Shown here one piece after another: positions 25,426 to 32,145 of a DNA stretch of 32,145 nucleotides (the stretch's first letter is position 1; each line of letters opens with the position of its first letter). Location: contig NC_057760.1 of NCBI RefSeq assembly GCF_004010195.1, forward strand, positions 1,320,359-1,352,503, in the 5' to 3' direction. The notes beneath the pieces were generated by a model, which was given only the letters and a program-made list of their open reading frames with translations, did no database searches and was not told the origin of the DNA. The position numbers were made by a program, and so were the translations under genes. This DNA comes from Chiloscyllium plagiosum (Eukaryota).

Positions 25426-25504
25426 CTAGGGGCGACCAAAAAGACGGGACGTTTAAGGCAATCACTCCCGACGATGAGTGCTTCAGTGCACACAATCTAA
25501 ACCG

Positions 25505-25705
25505 ACAACGCCAGAGGGGGAGCGTGCGGGCAATGCCAGAACGCCAGCGGGAGCACAGGAAACGCAAGGCGCACGCGGGAAACGCCAGAGTGCCAAAGGG
25601 AGAGAGCAACGCCAGAGCACCAGAGGGAGCAGGCGGGCAACGCCAGAGTGCCAGAGGAAGTGCATGGGCAACGCCAGAGGGAGCGCGCGGGCAATGCCAA
25701 GGGAG
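25505..25705. repeat. Degenerate ~32-bp tandem repeat (GGGCAACGCCAGAGTGCCAGAGGGAGCGCGC-like)
   Basis: Recurrent aacgccagag motif. Confidence 0.65.
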
Positions 25706-26000
25706 AATACAGCTGGGTGCAAATAGTGACAGAGAACAGGAGGGCAGCAGAGTGCTCCTCAGCGTGCCAAGGTTGACCATTCTCCCTCAAGCAGCGGCTC
25801 TGGAAACATTGATTATTTCCAATCGGCCGCATGGCAGTTTGCCGGAGGAGTCTGCACGCCAACCGCCGTCCGTTGCCTGACGTGGCAACAGCCAACACTT
25901 GCGAACCAACAAGCCATGCTCCGGGGCAGTGAAGCAGCTTGCTGGGAGGAGGTTCTGTGAGGGGGTGGGGGGGGGGGGCTGCTGATACGGTGAAACCAAC

Positions 26001-26124
26001 CTGCTGCCGTGGTCGTGGCTCGGAGCAGGCACACCGAGGCGGGCGGCGGCTTCCTGGAGACGGCCTCCACAAACTTCTGAACGTCCCGGGCAGACTTCCG
26101 CATCGCGGCCATGGCATCGCGCAG
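26001..26124 (-). CDS. SETDB1: SETDB1 coding exon 4 (LRDAMAAMRKSARDVQKFVEAVSRK...)
   Basis: Acceptor ccccccaccaaag, donor CAG|gttggt; 124 nt, phase 0 to 1. Matches LREAMAALRKSAQDVQKFMDAV. Confidence 0.88.
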
Positions 26125-26364
26125 CTTTGGTGGGGGGAAATGGAGAACAAGGCGAGAGAGCAAACAGGCGGGCATTAAAACACAACATGTCATCCCGAGC
26201 AAGTCGCAGGACAGACCCCTGACGGTGACTCCGGCCTTCTCCCACGCTCTCCCAACTGCCCCTTGGCCTACCCAGCAATGCTCAGTCTTCCACAGGCAAG
26301 CAGTCCGTTGACGAACTGAGCTCGGAATGCGCTAGGTGGATGAAGCTTCGAGTTATCAAGTTAC

Positions 26365-26730
26365 ACAGCACGGAAACAGACCCTTCGGCCCAACTCATCC
26401 GTGCCGACCCAGATATCCTAACCTAATCCAGTCCTATTTGCCAGCACTTGCCCCATATCCCTCCAAACCCTTCCTATCCATGTCCCCCATCCAGATGCCT
26501 TTTAAACATGGTCATTGTACCAGCCTCCCCCACTTCCTCTGGCAGCCCATTCCACACACACACCACCCTCTCTGTGAAAACATTGCCCCTTTAAACCCCC
26601 TCTTACCTTAAACTTACACCCTCTACCTGTGAACTTCCCTACCCTGGGGGGAGGGAGAATAAAAAAAGACCTTGGCTATTCACCCGATCCATGCCCCTCA
26701 TGATTTTATAAGGTCACCCCCTCAGTCTCA
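26365..26730 (-). mobile_element. CR1/HER1-like LINE 3' fragment
   Basis: cagcacggaaacagacccttcggcccaactc...cacttcctctggcagc. Confidence 0.85.
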
Positions 26731-27143
26731 ATCCCTTTTAGGGGAAGAGGGGGGGCAGGCCAGTGTTACCATCACCTGTTCCTCCTTCACTCATCAGGAT
26801 CTATGCAAGAATGCCAAGTCTCACATGGACACGACAACTGACTCCGGCAGGAGCTAAGATGCTGGGGGTTGGCCGTCCACTCCTTGACTCTCTGGGGAGC
26901 CACCGAGTCAGTGCCTCGGTTCCTCGCAGCTTACCTTGCTGTGAGTGGGCGAGGTTTGGCATTCTTGCCATTGTCCTGACGATCATACCCTGTACGAGAA
27001 CTGCTTCTCCAGGTGGGGGTGGGGGGTGAAACTTGCATAACCCTGCTCCGTAGGCACTGGCCAGGTTCAGGGGCTCAGACAAGAAAGGGGGGGGGGGGGG
27101 GTGCCATCGATCCCCAGGAAGGACAGTGACCGGAGGAACTCAC

Positions 27144-27226
27144 CAAGGACGGCTCGCGGGTGATCTTGCTCAGGGCAGTCACGGTCGACGTGGTGGACGC
27201 TGGGGCAGCGGCTCGTCCCGTCTCCA
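27144..27226 (-). CDS. SETDB1: SETDB1 coding exon 3, low-complexity linker (VETGRAAAPASTTSTVTALSKITREPSL)
   Basis: Acceptor tctcttctcaacag and donor TTG|gtgagt are both strong. 83 nt, phase 1 to 0, exactly the phase bridge needed between its neighbours. Little sequence homology. Confidence 0.8.
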
Positions 27227-27484
27227 CTGTTGAGAAGAGAGAGTTTGTTTGCTCAGTAAACTGACACCAAATACCAAGCTGGCCACGAGAAAATGAACAG
27301 TGATGGGACAGGGAGGCTGAGCTGCAGAGTCCCGGTGAACAGGAGAGACAACGGTTTACCAGAACATTTGGAAAGGCTGAGGATGGTTTAGCCTGTGAGC
27401 ACAACGTTGGTGAAAGAAATTAAGGAACGACCCCTTATCTCGGTCACCCCCCTCCAGCCCCCCACACCCCCTCCCCATCTCTGT

Positions 27485-27678
27485 GATGTACAGCATGGAA
27501 ACAAGCCCTTCGGCCCAACTCGTTGGTGCCAACCCAGATACCCTAACCTAAATCTAGTCCCATTTGCCAGCACTTGGCCCATATCCCTCCAAACCCTTCC
27601 TATTCACCTCCCCATCCAGATGCCTTTTAAATGCTGTCATTGTACCAGCCCCCACCACTTCCTCTGGCAGCTCGTTCC
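27485..27678 (-). mobile_element. CR1/HER1-like LINE 3' tail
   Basis: Same tail sequence as 26365 and 955. Confidence 0.85.
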
Positions 27679-28189
27679 TTTTCGAGAAAGGGTTCTCCGT
27701 AACCACCCGGTGTGTTTTTTTGGTAAAATCTTCCAGTTCCTATCAGCGGAGCTCAGGATTCCGTCGGCTTTACCCTCTATTTTCTCAGCTGGTCCTACGC
27801 CCTCAAACATTTGGTCGCGCACTTCCTTTCGAATCTCACCCCCCCCCCCCACAACGCCCTCGTCTTTTATACTTTTCCCGCCTCTTCGCTCCGCGTCGCC
27901 TTGGCGATAATTCCGGGCGTGGGGAGGGAGCGGTGATGTCTCTGGACCGGTAATCCAGAACATTAGCCCGACGCACCGAGGGCTTGTGTTAGAATCCCAC
28001 CTCAGCGGAAGGTGGGACGAGAAAAGCAACGCGGTATTTCAGAAGCTGGCTGTCATCGGGATCACCAATGGGGAGGGAAACCTGCCCCCCCCCGCCCCCT
28101 TTGCGCACTCTGCCCTCCACATGACTCCCGGCATGGCGTCAACTTGCAAACAGCCCTCTGGGCAAGTAGAGATGGGTATTAGGGTGGAC

Positions 28190-28640
28190 GCTGGGAATTT
28201 GTTTCTGTCAGACGGGGAGACTAGGACCCGTGGGCACAGCCTTAGAATTAGAGGGGGCCCCATTTAAAAACGGAAATGAGAAGACATGTCTTCGGCCACA
28301 GAGTGGTGGGCCTGTGGAATTCATTGTCATGGAGCACAGAGGTGGCGGGGACATTGAAGGCAGAGATTGATAAATTCTTAATCTCGCAAGGAATTAAGGG
28401 ATACAGGGGAGAGTGCGGGTAAGTGGTGTTGAAATGCCCAGGAGAAAGGGAGGGCTGCAGATCAGAGCTGAAATTGTGTTGCTGGAAAAGCGCAGCAGGT
28501 CAGGCAGCATCCAAGGAGCAGGAGAATCAACGTTTGGGGTATAAGCCCTTCTTCACGAATGTCATGATTAAATGGCAGAGTGGACTCGATAGGCCAAATA
28601 GCCTTCCTTCCACTCCTGTGTCTTCTGGCCTAATAACTGG
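28190..28640 (+). mobile_element. LINE 3' fragment interrupted by a Penelope-like short repeat (28442-28562)
   Basis: ggacccgtgggcacagccttagaattagaggg...gtggaattcattg; the insert is homologous to 31860-31990. Confidence 0.7.
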
Positions 28641-29381
28641 TCAGCTAGCAACACCCAGATCCCATGTATGAGTTCGTTTCTAAAAAAAAAAAACAAATGC
28701 CACTTCTCTGCCCACATTCTCGCAGTCGGTCGCTACCATTCCTTTCAATTTGTCTCTCAGAAGCTCAGCCAACAGTGGCTGCGGAGAGAGAAAAACAGAG
28801 AGTTTAACATCTCGAGTCTGGTCTGGCTGCTCTTCAGAAAGGGATGCGACACGTTAACGCCAACACGGCCAGACTGCCTGGGCATCTCCAACATGTGCGG
28901 TGTCGCAGGTCAACGGCAGAGCGGCAATGGCGCCTTTTGCCTTTATTGGTCAGAGCATCGAGTACAGGAGTTGGGAGGCCATGTAGCAGCTGTATGGGAC
29001 ATGGGTGAGGCTACGGTTGGATTGCTGTGTGCAATTCTGGTCTCCCTGCTGTACAACAGGTGTTGTGAAACTTGAGAGGGTGTGGAAAAGGTTGACGAGG
29101 ATGTGGAAAGGTCTGAGCTACAGGGTGAGGCTGAACAAGCCGGGACTGTTTTCCCTGGAGCGTCGGAGGCTGACCTTCTAGAAATTTATAAAATCATGAG
29201 GGGGCATGGATAGGGTAAATAGCCAAGGGGTGGGTGGGGTCCAGAAGTAGAGGGGCATGGGCTCAGGGTGAGAGGGGAAAGAGACCGGAGGGGCAACTTT
29301 TTCACACAGAGGGTGGTACGTGTATGGAATGAGCTGCCAGAGGAAGTGGTGGAGGCTGGTACAATGACAGCATTTAAAAGA

Positions 29382-29592
29382 AGGTGTCGATGGTCGTCAT
29401 GATTTGGAGATGCCGGTGGTGGACTGGGGTGTACAAAGTTAAAAATCACACCACACCAGGTTATAGTCCAACAGGTTTAATTGGAAGCACTAGCTTTCAA
29501 AGCGCTGCTCCTTCATCAGGTGGCTGTCCGAAAGCTAGTGTGCTTCCAATTAAACCTGTTGGACTATAACCTGGCGTGGTGTGATTTTTAAA
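29382..29592. mobile_element. Foldback insertion with ~60-bp inverted arms and a hammerhead core (Penelope-like terminus)
   Basis: Arms at 29439-29498 and 29530-29591; candidate TSD catttaaaaga (29371) / cattgaaaaga (29593). Confidence 0.7.
29487..29523 (-). ncRNA. Minimal type I hammerhead ribozyme motif, core intact
   Basis: cac-CUGAUGA-A-GGAGC-agc-GCUUU-GAAA-GC-UA-gug: 3-bp stem I, stem II with G-U pairs, palindromic AGCU stem III. Confidence 0.55.
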
Positions 29593-29860
29593 CATTGAAA
29601 AGACATCTGGATGGGGACGTGAACAGGAAGGGTTTAGAGGGGAAATGAGCCAAATGGGACTGGATGAATGGAGGATATCTGGAGGACGTGGACCAGTTGG
29701 GCCAAAGGGTTTGTTTCAGATTGCCAGCGTCCGCAGTCATTCGCTTTCAAATGAAGCCAGGTCCCTGACACAGATCAGGAAAAGCGGGGCGCTGAGACAG
29801 CGTCCATGGGAAGCCCCTGCATACTGCCCTATGGTCTGTGAAACAGGGGCACGACAGGAG

Positions 29861-29892
<32 letters not shown>

Positions 29893-29902
29893 AGATCGAA
29901 AG

Positions 29903-29952
29903 NNNNNNNNNNNNNNNNNNNNNNNNNNNNNNNNNNNNNNNNNNNNNNNNNN
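29903..29952. other. Assembly gap (50 N)
   Basis: Run of N preceded by a poly-G tract. Confidence 1.
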
Positions 29953-30133
29953 AGAGGGGTGGATGCGGGTATAGTTACAACCTTTACAAGATATTTGGAT
30001 AAAGTACATGATTAGGAAAGGGATACGAGCCAGGAGCAAGCAGGTGGGTACTAGTTTATAGTGTGGGATTACGGTCTGCACGGACTGGTTGGGCCGAAGG
30101 GTCTGTTTCCAGGCTGCAGGGAGCAGCTCCTAC

Positions 30134-30303
30134 CGGGTTCCACGGCCATCACGTCGTCGTCGTCATCGTCGTCCAGGATCTCTATCACTTCGGACACCTT
30201 GGCGCTGTCCTTCCCCGTTCCTTCCTCGGTGGAGGCCTCCTCATACTGCAGGCCCAGGTTGTTGTACAGGTCCTTCACCATTAACTCGCACACGTCCACC
30301 GAC
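30134..30303 (-). CDS. SETDB1: SETDB1 coding exon 2 (SVDVCELMVKDLYNNLGLQY...IEILDDDDDDDVMAVEP), SIM-like acidic motif
   Basis: Acceptor cccccag, donor G|gtagga; 170 nt, phase 2 to 1. Homologous to SETDB1 CESLVKDFYSKLGLQY...IIEIPDEDDDV. Confidence 0.93.
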
Positions 30304-30487
30304 CTGGGGGCACACAAAGCCAGGGCACCAGTGAGAACCCCCAACACAACCCCAAGATGCAATTTCACCCCCCACTCTTGGAAGGCCTGGAGGGAGGGGG
30401 AGAAAGTGGGGGGTGCTCAAGAGACAGAGAGAGAGAAAGAGGGTGATCATGTGAGAGAGAGGGAGAGAAAAACAGAGGGGGAAATGG

Positions 30488-30956
30488 CGCGCGAGACAAG
30501 AGGGAGCGCGCGAGACAAGAGGGAGCGCGCGAGACAAGAGGGAGCGCGCGAGACAAGAGGGAGCGCGCGAGACAAGAGGGAGCGCGCGAGACAAGAGGGA
30601 GCGCGCGAGACAAGAGGGAGCGCGCGAGACAAGAGGGAGCGCGCGAGACAAGAGGGAGCGCGCGAGACAAGAGGGAGCGCGCGAGACAAGAGGGAGCGCG
30701 CGAGACAAGAGGGAGCGCGCGAGACAAGAGGGAGCGCGCGAGACAAGAGGGAGCGCGCGAGACAAGAGGGAGCGCGCGAGACAAGAGGGAGCGCGCGAGA
30801 CAAGAGGGAGCGCGCGAGACAAGAGGGAGCGCGCGAGACAAGAGGGAGCGCGCGAGACAAGAGGGAGCGCGCGAGACAAGAGGGAGCGCGCGAGACAAGA
30901 GGGAGCGCGCGAGACAAGAGGGAGCGCGCGAGACAAGAGGGAGCGCGCGAGACAAA
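30488..30956. repeat. Near-perfect 19-bp CpG-rich minisatellite, about 24 copies (GAGACAAGAGGGAGCGCGC)
   Basis: Visible periodicity, embedded in GA-rich sequence 30390-31220. Confidence 0.97.
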
Positions 30957-31261
30957 AAAAGAGAAGGGGATCGTGTGAGAGAGAGAGAGAGAGAGAGAGA
31001 AAAAGAGACGGGGAAATCAGGAGAGAGAGAGGGGGATCGCACGACAAAGAAAGAGAGAGAGAGAGAGATCACACGCAAGAGAGAGAGCGAAAAAGAGAGG
31101 GGGGAATCACGTGTGTGCAAGAGAGAGAAGGAGAGGGGGGGATCACGCGAGAGAGACAGAGGGAGGAGGATCGCGAGAGAGAGAGGGGGGGAACAAAGAG
31201 GAGGGGAATGGGCGAGGGGAAAGTGGCAGGGGGTGTCGGGGTCAGGGGGGGCTCTGATGAC

Positions 31262-31464
31262 CTGGACGCGTCTTCGAAGAGCCCGTCGACGTGAGCCATC
31301 TCGGCCTCCTTTTTCTCCACCCAGGTCTCCAGCTCCTGCAGGGCAGCACGCCGCTGCTTCAGCAGGTCCACCTTCTCCAACTCTTGGTCAATCCACTCCC
31401 GGATCTCATCCATCGAAAGGCCCAGCTCTTCCACTGCCAGGTCCATGGTCTCAGCAGACGCCAT
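31262..31464 (-). CDS. SETDB1: SETDB1 first coding exon (MASAETMDL...LFEDAS-R)
   Basis: ATG at 31464 just after acceptor ctccagcag; 203 nt ending in phase 2 at donor AG|gtcatc (weak). Similar to the SETDB1 N-terminus EELGISMEELR...LFDDASR. Confidence 0.9.
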
Positions 31465-31859
31465 GACTGTCCTGCTGGAGGACACAGGAGAGCATGCATT
31501 AACAGTGCGACAAAGCTTTGTGAGGTGGGGAAGGGGGTGACACAAGAACGCCCCCCCCCCGCCCAAGAGTTAACACACCACGCGGGGGATGCCACCCACC
31601 CCTCAACGTAGCTTATTGTGCCAGAACAAGGGCTCAAGATGATACAAAGGAGATCGTTTCACCGAATCATAACACCCCGCAAGGTGGAAGCAGGTCATCT
31701 GGCGGGCCAAGTCCAAACCAACCCTCCGAGGAGCACCCTGCCAAGACCCAACTCCAAACCCTGCCACCTCCACCCCTTCATACGTGCAAGCAGCATTTCA
31801 CATCGCCAATCCACCCTAACCTGCACATCCCTGGACACTACGGGTCAATTTAGCATGGG

Positions 31860-32145
31860 GAGAAAGCGAGGACTGCAGATGCTGGAGATCAGAGCTGAAA
31901 ATGTGTTGCTGGAAAAACGCAGCAGGTCAGGCAGCATCCAAAGAGCAGGAGAATCGACGTTTCGGGCATGAGCCCTTCTTCAGGAATGAGGAAAGTTTGT
32001 CCAGCAGGCTAAGATAAAAGGTAGGGAGGAGGGACTTGGGGGAGGGGCGTTGGAAATGCGATAGGTGGAGGGAGGTCAAGGTGAGGGTGATAGGCCGGAG
32101 TGGGGGCGGAGAGGTCAGGAAGATGATTGCAGGTTAGGAAGGCGG
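31860..32145 (-). mobile_element. Penelope-like element terminus, apparently young, running off the window
   Basis: Longest and least degenerate copy of the short repeat family; it carries an intact hammerhead core, preceded on the minus strand by a pyrimidine-rich stretch. Confidence 0.7.
31951..31988 (-). ncRNA. Minimal type I hammerhead ribozyme motif, core intact
   Basis: auuc-CUGAAGA-A-GGGC-ucau-GCCC-GAAA-C-GUC-gauu; predicted cleavage after C at 31956; stem I is weak. Confidence 0.6.

Larger units (their letters stand above)
28900..29720 (+). mobile_element. CR1/HER1-like LINE 3' region interrupted at 29382-29592
   Basis: ggcaactttttcacacagagggtggtacgtgtatggaatgagctgccagagg; the LINE resumes at aaagacatctggatgggg. 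Confidence 0.85.

Noticed and set aside
29862..29902. Poly-G runs (also about 1544, 2811, 10550, 20066, 20402, 27087) and agatcgaaag, resembling an Illumina adapter, next to the gap
   Set aside because: Homopolymer lengths are unreliable, and the adapter similarity is short and imperfect; neither can be interpreted without reads.
30061..31120. 156-305 aa repetitive ORFs
   Set aside because: They derive from the 19-bp array and GA-rich sequence.

Overview
Eukaryotic, vertebrate genomic DNA, very likely from a shark, inferred from HE1/V-SINE, Deu-domain SINE, CR1/HER1-like LINE and Penelope-like repeats recognised from memory. The window holds the 5' portion of a SETDB1 (H3K9 methyltransferase) gene on the minus strand. 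I traced 12 phase-compatible GT-AG coding exons from the ATG at 31464 down to 2362 (2336 nt, about 778 codons). They encode the N-terminal region, Tudor domains, MBD and most of pre-SET; the SET exons lie beyond position 1. The introns are packed with retroelements, nested MITEs, a solo-LTR-like insert and minisatellites (19, 29, 32 and 53 bp). The most notable non-obvious signals are: minimal hammerhead-ribozyme motifs in Penelope-like ends, reading sense to the SETDB1 pre-mRNA, two with intact cores; apparent absence of the 'KQVAKKST' linker exon, with a candidate 6-nt microexon in that intron; a 69-bp local inverted copy flanking an in-frame exon; and SINE-born minisatellites. Most long ORFs in the track are repeat or antisense artefacts. 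Repeat boundaries are approximate and family names come from recall, not a database search.
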